Source of the DNA: a virus | Lineage: Duplodnaviria; Heunggongvirae; Uroviricota; Caudoviricetes | IMG/VR virus record: IMGVR_UViG_2724679237_000007 | Span: 1-36,559 of that record | Length of the DNA stretch: 36,559 bases | Direction: 5' to 3' (one strand) | Part shown: positions 25,783 to 35,524 of the stretch, piece after piece | Numbering within the stretch: position 1 is the stretch's first letter | Layout: every line of letters starts with the position of its first letter | Made by a program: the position numbers and the translations under genes | The notes under the pieces: model-generated | Database searches by the model: none | Told to the model about the DNA's origin: nothing | What the model saw: only the letters and a program-made list of their open reading frames with translations

Positions 25783-28277
25783 TGCCAGTTGTACCTACAG
25801 TCGCCGGGCGACAGGTTCAGAGCCACGGCGTATCGACGGGTGGTTTTAATGCGTATTCCGGCGCAGGAATTAGCGATGTACTGGCCGATGCTGCGGGTAA
25901 ATACGCTGGTGTATTTGCGGAGGCCAAACAGCGGGCAAATGTCGCTCTGGCGCAGGATGCATCGTTGCAGCTCAGCCAGCGCGCCAGCGTGATGATGAAT
26001 GACCCAGAAAAAGGCCTGTTAAACCTGCAGGGCAAAAACGCTATCGGCAAAGGTCAGGAGTACACGGCTATGTTTGACAGCGCCGCCGGGGAGATTGCCG
26101 GCACGCTGCCGGATGATGTCGCCCGCAATATGTTCCTGCAGCATGCGCAACAGCAGCGTATCCAGTTCACCACGCAGGCAGGACGGCATGAAATCGGCCA
26201 GATTAACGCGTATGAGGAAGGGCAATTCCAGGCGACGCTGGCGAATAACGCGCAGAACGCGGCGGCGCTACACGGCGATAATGCCGGATATATTTCGGCC
26301 AATCAGCAGACGTTCCAGCAGATAGAACAGTTTGGCGCAGCACGCGGCTGGAGTGATGAGCAGATCACCGCAAAAAAAATGGAGTTTAAAGAAAAAACCG
26401 CCATGGCTACTGCAGCCAATGCTATAGGCGCTAACTATATGGCCGTTCGCATGCAAAATGGGGAACCGGCTGATAATTTTGGTTCTCAGCGGGTGTCTGG
26501 CTCTGGCAGCGCAGAACCGTGTGGTATCTGGAACAATAACCCTGGAAATTTGCGGACATCAAAAAATCCCTGGGACGGGCAGACGGGTGATGACGGCGAG
26601 TTCGTTACATTCGCCACTCCGGAACACGGGATACGTGCTTTGGGTAAAAACCTGCTGTCTTACCAGCGGCAGGGATTTGTAACACCCAGGCAGATTATTT
26701 CCCGCTGGGCTCCTCCCGAAGATGGCAACGATACGGAGGCTTATATTGAAAAGGTATCATCGGCGCTGGGTGTATCAGACAATGAAAAGCTAAACTTGTC
26801 GAACATCAAAACACTTTCAACGGTGAGTAAAGCCATTATGGCTACGGAGAATAACGGAGAGGTTGGCTATTCCGACCAACAAATCAGTACCGGGTTACAG
26901 GCTGCCCTAGGCGCAACGCAGCTACCTGCATCACCTGACGCGCCAAAACGCTATACCGGCTCCGCCTGGTTTGACGCTCTGAATACCGCAGACCAGGCGA
27001 AAGTGATGCGTCAGTTAGATGCACTGGATGAGCAGTCGCGGGTTAAGTATCGCTCGGAGCTGACCGGACGTGTGAAAGATGCCAGCGCGGCGTATACGCG
27101 CGGCGTCGATTTTCCCAATCCGCCATCGCAGCAGGATTTTATCCGGGCATATGGTTACAATGATGGTTTGGTGCAGCACGCTGATTTCGAAAGGCTGCAA
27201 CAGCTTGGATCGGATATCGGCGTGGTAAAATCCCTGCCTGTTGCTTCTCAACTGGCACTGCTGGAAGAAAGGAAACCAATCCCAGGTGACGGTTATGCGG
27301 CTGGTGTCTCCCGGTATGAGTCGCTGGCGCAGGCAATTCAGCATGTGAATGCCGTTCGGCATGATGATCCTGTCCGTTATGCCCAGGAGCAAAATATTGC
27401 GTCGCCGCTGGATATCAGATCCCCGCAGTCGTTAACCCGCGGTCTGGAGCAGCGCGCTGATATGGCTCCTGATCTGGTGGTTCAGTACCAGACGCCGCTG
27501 GCGGTATTCAGCAAGGAAGAAGCCGTCCAGCTTACTTCCCTGCTGAAAGATGCTCCGTCAGGCCAGAAGGTGGCCTATCTTGATGCGATGCGTCAGTCAA
27601 TTAAAGATCCCGTCGTTTATAAAGCCGCGTTGCAGCAGGTGACATCCGGAAGCCCTTCATTTGCTGTCGCAGGGCTGATAATGGATAAGCCCGGTAATGT
27701 GGTGACGGAACGAAATACCTTTTCTGACAATATCTCCGTTACACCACAGGACGCAGCGCAAATCATTCTTGAAGGCAATCCGGCACGCAAAGGCGCTGAT
27801 GGTGCAAAGGGGATAGCCATGCCTAAGGACAGCGATATGCGGACGGCGTTTTCTGAGTACGTAGGTGATGCGTTCGCCGGTGATACCCAGGGCGCTGAAA
27901 GTGCATACCAGGTCGCGCTGGATTACTACGCGGGGAAAAGCCAACGCGCCGGGGATATATCTGGCAGCTATAACGACAGGCTATTTAAAGAGGCAATGTC
28001 GGTAGCCACTGGAGGTATCTACGATTACCAGGGTATGGGTAAAATCATGTTGCCGTGGGGTATGAGTCCCGATCGGTTTGATCGCGAGATAAGCAAGGCA
28101 TGGATGTCTCAGGTGGTAGATAAGGGCGTCAGGGTTGACCCGATTAACTACTCTCTGCAGAGCTTCGGCGACAGCCGTTATCTTGTACGCTACGGGACAG
28201 GCTATCTTATCGATAATGATGGAAATCCTGTCGTGCTGGACATAACCGAAAATAAAATCCGGGACATTCCGAAATGA
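25782..28277 (+). CDS. Internal virion (ejection) protein C-like, with a conserved Cys/His central domain
   Basis: 831 aa; parallels T7 gp15; central region aa ~235-330 (PCGIWNNNPGNL...ATPEHGIRALG) looks like a globular, possibly enzymatic domain. Confidence 0.5.
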   Translation: MPVVPTVAGRQVQSHGVSTGGFNAYSGAGISDVLADAAGKYAGVFAEAKQRANVALAQDASLQLSQRASVMMNDPEKGLLNLQGKNAIGKGQEYTAMFDSAAGEIAGTLPDDVARNMFLQHAQQQRIQFTTQAGRHEIGQINAYEEGQFQATLANNAQNAAALHGDNAGYISANQQTFQQIEQFGAARGWSDEQITAKKMEFKEKTAMATAANAIGANYMAVRMQNGEPADNFGSQRVSGSGSAEPCGIWNNNPGNLRTSKNPWDGQTGDDGEFVTFATPEHGIRALGKNLLSYQRQGFVTPRQIISRWAPPEDGNDTEAYIEKVSSALGVSDNEKLNLSNIKTLSTVSKAIMATENNGEVGYSDQQISTGLQAALGATQLPASPDAPKRYTGSAWFDALNTADQAKVMRQLDALDEQSRVKYRSELTGRVKDASAAYTRGVDFPNPPSQQDFIRAYGYNDGLVQHADFERLQQLGSDIGVVKSLPVASQLALLEERKPIPGDGYAAGVSRYESLAQAIQHVNAVRHDDPVRYAQEQNIASPLDIRSPQSLTRGLEQRADMAPDLVVQYQTPLAVFSKEEAVQLTSLLKDAPSGQKVAYLDAMRQSIKDPVVYKAALQQVTSGSPSFAVAGLIMDKPGNVVTERNTFSDNISVTPQDAAQIILEGNPARKGADGAKGIAMPKDSDMRTAFSEYVGDAFAGDTQGAESAYQVALDYYAGKSQRAGDISGSYNDRLFKEAMSVATGGIYDYQGMGKIMLPWGMSPDRFDREISKAWMSQVVDKGVRVDPINYSLQSFGDSRYLVRYGTGYLIDNDGNPVVLDITENKIRDIPK

Positions 28278-30079
28278 GTTATTTTGGCCTTGATCCAACA
28301 TCAGAGCGAAACCAGCTTTCGCTGGCCGTCGAAAACCCGGTTCTCCCTCAGGAAGCCGGGTTTTTTGATAACGTGCTGTTGTCTCCCCTTGAAGGTCTGG
28401 TTAATGGCGCTATCAATAAGCCCGCGCTCAGTCTGGCGATTGGTCTTGATGATACTCTGTCTCCATATGCCAGTATGCTGGATGATGCCGTTGGCACCAG
28501 CACAGAACAGTGGTTTCATGACCAAGTCGCCGTTGAATTAGCCAGCGTAAGAGCCGCGACACCCAACCCTGCAACCACAGGTACCGCCGGGCAGATACTG
28601 AACAATATGTTTGATATGGGGGGGCAATTCGCTATTGGCTCCCGTCTCGGTGGTCCGGTGGCTGGCGCGGTGACGGTGAGCACGATGCAGGGCGGCGCGG
28701 ATTATGCCGAATCGCGTGCGCGGGGGGTCGATCCGGCTACCGCCCTGCAAAAAGCTACGGTGACAGGGCTGACGGCGGGCGCGGGTACGTTAATCCCCGC
28801 GTCTATTGGACTGCGCTCCGTGGGGGCTGCGTCCGGCGTTCTGGAGAAAGCAATGGCGTTTGGCGGAGACGTTGCCTATTCCGCCGGCAGCAACATGGCG
28901 ATGGGAATGGCACAGCGCGGCTTTACGCACGATATTCTCTCCGGTGCGGGCTATGAGGAAATGGCGGGGCAGTATCATGCACTGGACAGCCAGGCGCTGG
29001 CGGTTGATGCGGTGCTGGGCGTTGCCTTTGGCGGTGCCGGACATTTCCTGCATACAGGCACTGGCGATAGAGCACCAGCGCCGGAAGTCAGCCAGGTGGA
29101 TATTGATGCTGCGTTAACCACTAACTCAGCGCTGCATGTGGAAACCGACGCTGCGCCGGGTATCCCGGCAGACCCAATTAGCCGGACGGAACATGTTGCC
29201 TCCGTCAATAAGGCGCTGGCGGATATCAGCGCCGGACGTCCTGTCGATGTTTCCGGGATACTCAGCCATGCGGATTTTATGCCCAAAGATATGAATGACT
29301 TTATCCGCGATGTGTCGGTGCAGGCCAGTGAGTTTTATCCTGATCTTCCACTTTTTTACCTGGACGACGGTGCAGCCATAACCGGAAAGACAGTCAGCGA
29401 TCATATCGCGCTGCTTCAGCCCGACGCCGCAGCGCTAATGGATCGTGGCACCCGCGAATCCCTTACAGGGGAAATCCACCGTAGCGAAAACCGCCTGGAG
29501 ACATTATCCGGCGAGCTTACAGCAGTGAAAAACGAGCCTCCGAAAGGCAGCGGAAAGGCGCTTGCACAGGCCCGCGCTGCGCACGTTGACAGGGTGAAAT
29601 CCCTGAACCGGGATATTGATGCGCTGAAAAGCGATATTGCCGCAAAAAAAACAGCGCTGGCCGATCACTCTAAGGGTGGAAAGAATTTTGAGGCCAAAGC
29701 TGATATATCCCGCCTGCGTCAGGGGATTGTACCTGAGCGCCTGAAACAGTCTGTTACCCGTCAGAGTGCGGAGGAACTGGGACAGAACATAGATATCCCC
29801 CCAAAATCCGCACCAGTTGAACCGGAAGTTTCGCCCGGCAAGACCAGCGCGGAAAAAAGTGCTGATGAAAGTGCGGCGACAGTGGACGGTGATGCGCAAC
29901 TGGCAAGCCATGCTTTGCGTACCAATCCAGACATGGTGATCCAGACGGAGGATGCTGGCGGGAATATGGTGGAGGTCAGGGCAGCGGATGTTATGGCCGA
30001 TGCGGATGCGGTGATCAGGCAGGCAGAGCAGGACGCAAGCCTGTTTGATGCCGCTGTAGCGTGTTTTCTTGGGGGATGA
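28274..30079 (+). CDS. Internal virion (ejection) protein
   Basis: 601 aa, Ala/Gly-rich, coiled-coil C-terminal segment; with the next ORF comparable to T7 gp16. Confidence 0.5.
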   Translation: MSYFGLDPTSERNQLSLAVENPVLPQEAGFFDNVLLSPLEGLVNGAINKPALSLAIGLDDTLSPYASMLDDAVGTSTEQWFHDQVAVELASVRAATPNPATTGTAGQILNNMFDMGGQFAIGSRLGGPVAGAVTVSTMQGGADYAESRARGVDPATALQKATVTGLTAGAGTLIPASIGLRSVGAASGVLEKAMAFGGDVAYSAGSNMAMGMAQRGFTHDILSGAGYEEMAGQYHALDSQALAVDAVLGVAFGGAGHFLHTGTGDRAPAPEVSQVDIDAALTTNSALHVETDAAPGIPADPISRTEHVASVNKALADISAGRPVDVSGILSHADFMPKDMNDFIRDVSVQASEFYPDLPLFYLDDGAAITGKTVSDHIALLQPDAAALMDRGTRESLTGEIHRSENRLETLSGELTAVKNEPPKGSGKALAQARAAHVDRVKSLNRDIDALKSDIAAKKTALADHSKGGKNFEAKADISRLRQGIVPERLKQSVTRQSAEELGQNIDIPPKSAPVEPEVSPGKTSAEKSADESAATVDGDAQLASHALRTNPDMVIQTEDAGGNMVEVRAADVMADADAVIRQAEQDASLFDAAVACFLGG

Positions 30080-32580
30080 TAATGCGAAGTGAATGTATTA
30101 AGGCAGTGTCTAAAGCGGCGGGGCGCACGCTTAACCAGGCGGAAATCAAAGGTATTGAAGAGAGAATTACCCGCAACATGCGCGCACTGGCGCGTGATGA
30201 CCGGATGGCGTGGCAGTCCAAATCAGAAGCCACACGGCTGACAGAAGCAGCAAAAGCCGCATCCGATGAACTGGTGGCCGAAGCAAAACTGAAGAAGCGC
30301 CGCGTGGCGCTGCAAATAGTGGCGCACGATATCATCAACCAGCACATTACCGGCTATAGGGGAAAGGATGGCGCAATCGGCGCACTGAATCGGGTGCTGG
30401 CGTTCAGTGCCGACGGTAAATCAAATTTCTTCTCTGTGGAGACGCGCGGCAAGGCGACACGCGACCAGGCGTTGGCACAACTGCAGGATTTGTTCGACGC
30501 CAGCGACCCGAAAATATTCGGGTTGTTTGAGAATAAACAGGGCGTTCGTGACATCGTGTTTGAGATTTTCGGTCAGGACACTGGCAATGCGGCGGCGAAG
30601 AAAGGGGCCAAAGCCTGGCTGGATACCGCCGAATCCCTGCGCAGTCGCTTTAACGACGCGGACGGCGATGTTGGAAAACTGGAGGACTGGAACCTGCCAC
30701 AGCACCATTCCCAGAATAAAGTGGCAAAAGCAGGTGAAGCAAAATGGGTGTCCGATATCGCAGGCAAACTGAACCGGAGCAAATACGTTAACCCGGACGG
30801 CAGTCTGATGAATGATGTGGAGCTGCAGGCGTTTTTGACTGAGGCGTATAAAACCATCTCTACTGGTGGCGTTAACAAGATAAAACCAGGAACGGTAGCC
30901 GGTGGCGGCGCGAGAGCGAACCGTGGTAACGAATCCAGGCAGATCCACTTTAAGGATGCGCAGTCTTACCTGGGTTACCAGCAGGCCTACGGCGAGCGTA
31001 ATTTCTGGCGGGTTATTGAGGGGCATGTTAGTGGCGTCAGCCAGGATATCGCACTGGTCGAAACCTTCGGCCCTAACCCGGATCACACCTTTAAATACTT
31101 CTTGGACAAGACTTATAAAGAAACCGTTGAGGTGACTCCAACGGATGCAGGGAAAATCGAAAAAAGCCGGATCAACACCGAAAATCTGTACGACTTTGTG
31201 GCGGGTAAAACGCTGCCGGTGGCGAACAGGCACATCGCGGAAACAGCCGATACGCTGCGAAATTTGCTGGTGGCCAGCAAACTGGGGTCTGCGGTGATCA
31301 CCTCCCTGACCGACTGGGGGATGATGGGCATAACTGCGCGGGTAAACAATCTGCCGATGCTGAAGCTGGCGCGCAACATGATTTCCACGCTGAACCCTGC
31401 CAATAAAGCAGATCTGCGGATGGCTCGACGTGCAGGACTGGCGATGGAGTCATTACTTGGCTCAGTTAACCGCTGGGGTGGCGATAACCTTGGGCAGTCA
31501 TGGTCGTCAAAAATGGCGTCCACGGTGATCCGCGCCTCCGGGTTAACGGCTCTGTCGGATGCCGGAAAACGCGCCTACGGCGTCACAATGATGAGCGCTA
31601 TCGGGCAACTGACGAAAGACCACGCGGCGATGTCTGCGCTCGACCCTGTGGATAACCGGATGCTGCTGTCAAAAGGCATCACCGATCGTGACTGGGCAAC
31701 CTGGAAGCTGGCACAACAGGAGGACTGGGGAAACGGCAATAACACCATGCTGACGCCTGAAAGTATCATGCGTATTCCCGACGCTAAACTGCAAAGCCTT
31801 GGCGTTTCTGAACGTATTCGCTCCGAAGCCGCCCGTAAGTTGCTTGGCGTGGTGCTGGAAGAAGTGGATATGGCGGTGGTGACGCCGGGTATCCGAGACC
31901 GCGCGCGGCTGATGGATAACATCCAGCGCGGAACGGCAAAGGGGGAGTTGGTGCGCAGCTTCTTTCTGTTCAAATCATTTCCGATTGCGATGGTCGCCAG
32001 GCACTGGTCGCGCGGCTTCAGTATGCCGACGGCGGGCGGAAAAGCAGCATATATCGCATCGACTATTGCCGCGACGACGGTGCTTGGCGCAATCTCTATG
32101 CAACTGAATAATGTCATTTCCGGGCGTAATCCGCAGGATATGAGCGAAGGGCGGTTCTGGCTGGCGGCGATGTTAAAAGGTGGCGCTCTGGGGCTGTACG
32201 GCGATTTCCTTTTCAGCGACCAGACGCAGGCGGGGCGTGGCATTATTGCGTCACTGATGGGGCCAATGGTGGGGATTGGCGAGGAAACGATCGGGCTGAC
32301 ACAGGGCAACCTGCTGGAGGCGATGCAGGGCGAAGATATGGACTTTGGTGCGGAGGCGCTGAAATTGTTCAAGGGCGTCACGCCATTTACCAACCTTTGG
32401 TATACAAAGGCCGCTACTGATCATCTTATTTTTAATAAACTGCAGGAGTATTTTTCGCCTGGCTATCTGCAGAAAATGGAAAGCAGATCACAAAGTAAGT
32501 ACGGATCTACCTACTGGTGGCGGGCTAATGATGTCCTGCCTGAACAGGCTCCGGATTTAGGTGCTGCCTGGAATCCCTGA
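30061..32580 (+). CDS. Internal virion (ejection / DNA-transfer) protein
   Basis: 839 aa; last large gene before the tailspike. Confidence 0.5.
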   Translation: MFSWGMIMRSECIKAVSKAAGRTLNQAEIKGIEERITRNMRALARDDRMAWQSKSEATRLTEAAKAASDELVAEAKLKKRRVALQIVAHDIINQHITGYRGKDGAIGALNRVLAFSADGKSNFFSVETRGKATRDQALAQLQDLFDASDPKIFGLFENKQGVRDIVFEIFGQDTGNAAAKKGAKAWLDTAESLRSRFNDADGDVGKLEDWNLPQHHSQNKVAKAGEAKWVSDIAGKLNRSKYVNPDGSLMNDVELQAFLTEAYKTISTGGVNKIKPGTVAGGGARANRGNESRQIHFKDAQSYLGYQQAYGERNFWRVIEGHVSGVSQDIALVETFGPNPDHTFKYFLDKTYKETVEVTPTDAGKIEKSRINTENLYDFVAGKTLPVANRHIAETADTLRNLLVASKLGSAVITSLTDWGMMGITARVNNLPMLKLARNMISTLNPANKADLRMARRAGLAMESLLGSVNRWGGDNLGQSWSSKMASTVIRASGLTALSDAGKRAYGVTMMSAIGQLTKDHAAMSALDPVDNRMLLSKGITDRDWATWKLAQQEDWGNGNNTMLTPESIMRIPDAKLQSLGVSERIRSEAARKLLGVVLEEVDMAVVTPGIRDRARLMDNIQRGTAKGELVRSFFLFKSFPIAMVARHWSRGFSMPTAGGKAAYIASTIAATTVLGAISMQLNNVISGRNPQDMSEGRFWLAAMLKGGALGLYGDFLFSDQTQAGRGIIASLMGPMVGIGEETIGLTQGNLLEAMQGEDMDFGAEALKLFKGVTPFTNLWYTKAATDHLIFNKLQEYFSPGYLQKMESRSQSKYGSTYWWRANDVLPEQAPDLGAAWNP

Positions 32581-32859
32581 TTATTAACCCGCTTTAATTT
32601 ATTGCCGACTGAAAACTACGTCCTGTGGGCGTGGTCATCAACAGGCTTTGGCTCTGCCTTATTGTCTTTGGATTTAAATTTACAGAATAGGCAGAGACTT
32701 CTTTTTAAGTTTTTTTAGTACGCCCCTTTGGGGCGAAACCAATGCCGCCTTCTTAGAAGGCGGATTTTTACTTCTCCTGCATTTAGCACAATTTTAATTG
32801 CCACCAACTACCGCCCGCCATTCTGGCGCTGGCGGCGCTTTGTCATAAAGAGAGACGCA

Positions 32860-35466
32860 ATGACAGTATCATCCGAAGTAAACCACAATGATTACCAAGG
32901 TAACGGGACGACTACCGTTTTTCCGTACCAGTTTCGTATCTTCAAAAAAACTGACCTGGTAGTAACCACCTCTGATCTTAATGACACTCTGACTACGCTG
33001 CGCCTGGATACTGATTATACAGTAACGGGGGCTGGTGGGTACAACGGCGGGACGGTTGTTCTTCCGTCACCACTGTCTTCTGGCTGGAAAATATCCGTGG
33101 CCCGCGTTCTTTCGATTACGCAGGAAACCGATCTGCGCAACCAGGGTAAATTTTTTGCAGAAGTGCATGAGAACGCATTCGATAAACTGACAATGCTGAT
33201 TCAGCAAGGACTGCGCTGGATTGGCCTGGCATTGTGCAAGCCGTCAACTATTGCTAATTATTATGATGCACAGGGTAATTATATCCGCAACCTGCATGAT
33301 CCGGTACAGCCACAGGACGTGGCCACGAAGAACTATGTGGATAATACAGTCGCTACGTCTACTGCTGGCTGGCATGCTGGTGATGAAGTGCTTGACCAGA
33401 AAATAGATGCAAACTTTGCTCACACGCTACGGGTTCCTGAAAGCAGCATTAATATGCTGGGGAGTGTATCAGATAGAGCAAATAAGCTGCTTGCGTTTAA
33501 CAGTAGCGGCCAGCCGATTTCTGTATTGCCGGAAAGCGGAAGTGCTACGGATGTGATGATTGAACTGGCTGCGGATGATGGCGCATCTAAAATTGGTGGT
33601 GCATTCTACGCCGATATCAGGGCCTACAACGCTGGCGGAAATCAAATCAAATGTCTGGGACGTACAAATATTTTTGACGGTGCAGATGGTGTGTTTATTC
33701 TTGACCCCTCTGATGTTGTATCACAGGATAACGACGGAACAGTTCTTGTAGATACAAATGGCGGTCGTTGGAAAAGGGTGTTTGATGGTCCGTTGAATGG
33801 GTTATGGTTTGGGATGGACAGGGGGGGGGCAAAAAGTTCCGGGGATGCTTTTAATAAAATATTGTCTGTTTCTGGAACTTTTGGGCAAATATTTATCCCT
33901 GAAGGGGTTTATTTATTGCCAGGTGGACACGATGTTCAAGAAGGGCAAAATATTTTATTTGACAATGTAACTTTAAAATCAGATGGAAATGCTGCAACAA
34001 CTAGTTTAATTAATATTAACGCTGATGATGTTTCAATTGGTGGCAGCTTGATAATTGATGGGGAAGTGAGAGATCCAGGAGAGAACCCTCCACGCATTGC
34101 TATTGGGCTAAGAGTTGGAGAGCAAAGACAAATTGAACGCTTCAATTGCGCCGGGGTTAAATCTTACGGTGTCGTGTATGGTGTTTTTATTACAGGCGCG
34201 AAAGATTCAACAATAAAAAATTGTCTGTCATACCGGAACTCAGACGGTTTTAGGTTAGCTTCCGTAACTTCAGGAGTTGCAAATTCATTCGGATGCGATA
34301 ATGTCAGGATAATTGATTGCATCTCCTTGGAAAACGGCATGCCATATATGCCTGTTACAGGAACAGGATCGACCGGGGGATATGCTGGATTTAAAGTTAC
34401 TGACATACCAATTTCTGATATATATTTCATAAATTGCATTGCTCGTGGTAACTGTGGGTTTGGTTTTAATATTCATGGCCATCCGTTCACTTCAATACCA
34501 AGTGGGTTTGAAATGAAAGGTTTGCATTTCATAAACTGCATATCAGATGGTAATAACATACCAGAATTTAATCTACCATCTGGATTTGTTACTGGAGCTG
34601 GAAATTGTAGTGGTTTCTATATTGGAGCGGTTGGTGTAGCAATCAAAAATGTATTTATTGATGGGTGCACTATCAAAGGACAATCTGGAGAAGCCATATA
34701 CTTCAGGGCTTTAAATGATAGCGGTTCTAATTTGAATCTAATTGAAAACATATTAGTTTCAAATTGCAGGATTGAAGGTGCTCCGAGATCACTAAATAGC
34801 AGCGTCAGAACTTCTAACTCAGCTCTTTATTTAACAGGCACGAGAAACTTGCTCTCTCAATCAAATGTTATCACTGGAGTTGAGTATCTTTATGATTTTG
34901 TTTATTATATTAATAACTCTAGGAGTGGAGTTAAGATTAAAGATGATCAGTATGACACCTCTCCTAATTTAATTTACGCTAAATCTTCAAAATTAGGAGG
35001 TGTTGTTGGGCGTATTGATATATCTGGTATTCAAGCAAGAAAGGGTGGGAAATTAAATAGTGCAACAGCCAATGTAATGATTAGGGTTGTCGATTTTGAG
35101 GAGATAATAATAGAAGGCAATAGTATCAATGATGTATCAGAAACACAATCATCTACTTTGGTAAATGCGATATTGCAACAAAATACAACTACTGATAGTA
35201 AATCAATCAAGATAATCAATAATTCATTTTCATGTGCAAATTCTAGTGTTCGAATTGGGGCACCAATAGAGATTAATTCAATAGGTGGATCAAAACTATT
35301 TAGTGGTAACACTATAACGCATTCAATAGTTGGTATTTCAGGGAACAACACTGAAAACGCAATAATCATTGCGAATCATTTTGATGCCGGAACAGTAGCT
35401 ACAAAAATATTAAATTTCCCAGCAAGCACAATTAAAAAAGCAAACATTGGACTTCCTGACAGTTAA
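32860..35466 (+). CDS. Tailspike / tail fibre with a conserved N-terminal particle-binding domain and a beta-helix (depolymerase-like) C-terminal domain
   Basis: Start at ATG 32860 (AAAGAGAGA RBS). N-terminus MTVSSEVNHNDYQGNGTTTVFPYQFRIFKKTDLVV...NYVDN is the widespread enterobacterial podovirus spike anchor; the C-terminal ~560 aa has repetitive Gly/Asn-rich beta-helix character and markedly lower GC. Confidence 0.8.
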   Translation: MTVSSEVNHNDYQGNGTTTVFPYQFRIFKKTDLVVTTSDLNDTLTTLRLDTDYTVTGAGGYNGGTVVLPSPLSSGWKISVARVLSITQETDLRNQGKFFAEVHENAFDKLTMLIQQGLRWIGLALCKPSTIANYYDAQGNYIRNLHDPVQPQDVATKNYVDNTVATSTAGWHAGDEVLDQKIDANFAHTLRVPESSINMLGSVSDRANKLLAFNSSGQPISVLPESGSATDVMIELAADDGASKIGGAFYADIRAYNAGGNQIKCLGRTNIFDGADGVFILDPSDVVSQDNDGTVLVDTNGGRWKRVFDGPLNGLWFGMDRGGAKSSGDAFNKILSVSGTFGQIFIPEGVYLLPGGHDVQEGQNILFDNVTLKSDGNAATTSLININADDVSIGGSLIIDGEVRDPGENPPRIAIGLRVGEQRQIERFNCAGVKSYGVVYGVFITGAKDSTIKNCLSYRNSDGFRLASVTSGVANSFGCDNVRIIDCISLENGMPYMPVTGTGSTGGYAGFKVTDIPISDIYFINCIARGNCGFGFNIHGHPFTSIPSGFEMKGLHFINCISDGNNIPEFNLPSGFVTGAGNCSGFYIGAVGVAIKNVFIDGCTIKGQSGEAIYFRALNDSGSNLNLIENILVSNCRIEGAPRSLNSSVRTSNSALYLTGTRNLLSQSNVITGVEYLYDFVYYINNSRSGVKIKDDQYDTSPNLIYAKSSKLGGVVGRIDISGIQARKGGKLNSATANVMIRVVDFEEIIIEGNSINDVSETQSSTLVNAILQQNTTTDSKSIKIINNSFSCANSSVRIGAPIEINSIGGSKLFSGNTITHSIVGISGNNTENAIIIANHFDAGTVATKILNFPASTIKKANIGLPDS
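33821..33829 (+). repeat. G9 homopolymer inside the tailspike ORF
   Basis: ggatggacaGGGGGGGGGcaaaaag, coding DRGGAK; lies at the GC-composition junction of the gene. Confidence 0.9.
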
Positions 35467-35473
35467 GTTACTA

Positions 35474-35524
35474 CAAGCCCCACTCACACAACGAATTAGT
35501 GGGTGGGGCTTGTACTTATTTTTT
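35474..35524. terminator. Bidirectional terminator between convergent tailspike and acyltransferase genes
   Basis: CAAGCCCCACTCAC-acaacgaatta-GTGGGTGGGGCTTG followed by tacttaTTTTTT; overlaps the acyltransferase stop. Confidence 0.6.

Noticed and set aside
30421-32393. Two long minus-strand ORFs (270 and 272 aa)
   Set aside because: Both antisense to the internal virion protein gene at 30061..32580; no domain signatures; interrupt no plus-strand gene.
32728-32859. 44-codon N-terminal extension of the tailspike ORF
   Set aside because: Arg/Trp-rich with no RBS; the conserved spike N-terminus begins at the ATG at 32860, which has a good RBS.
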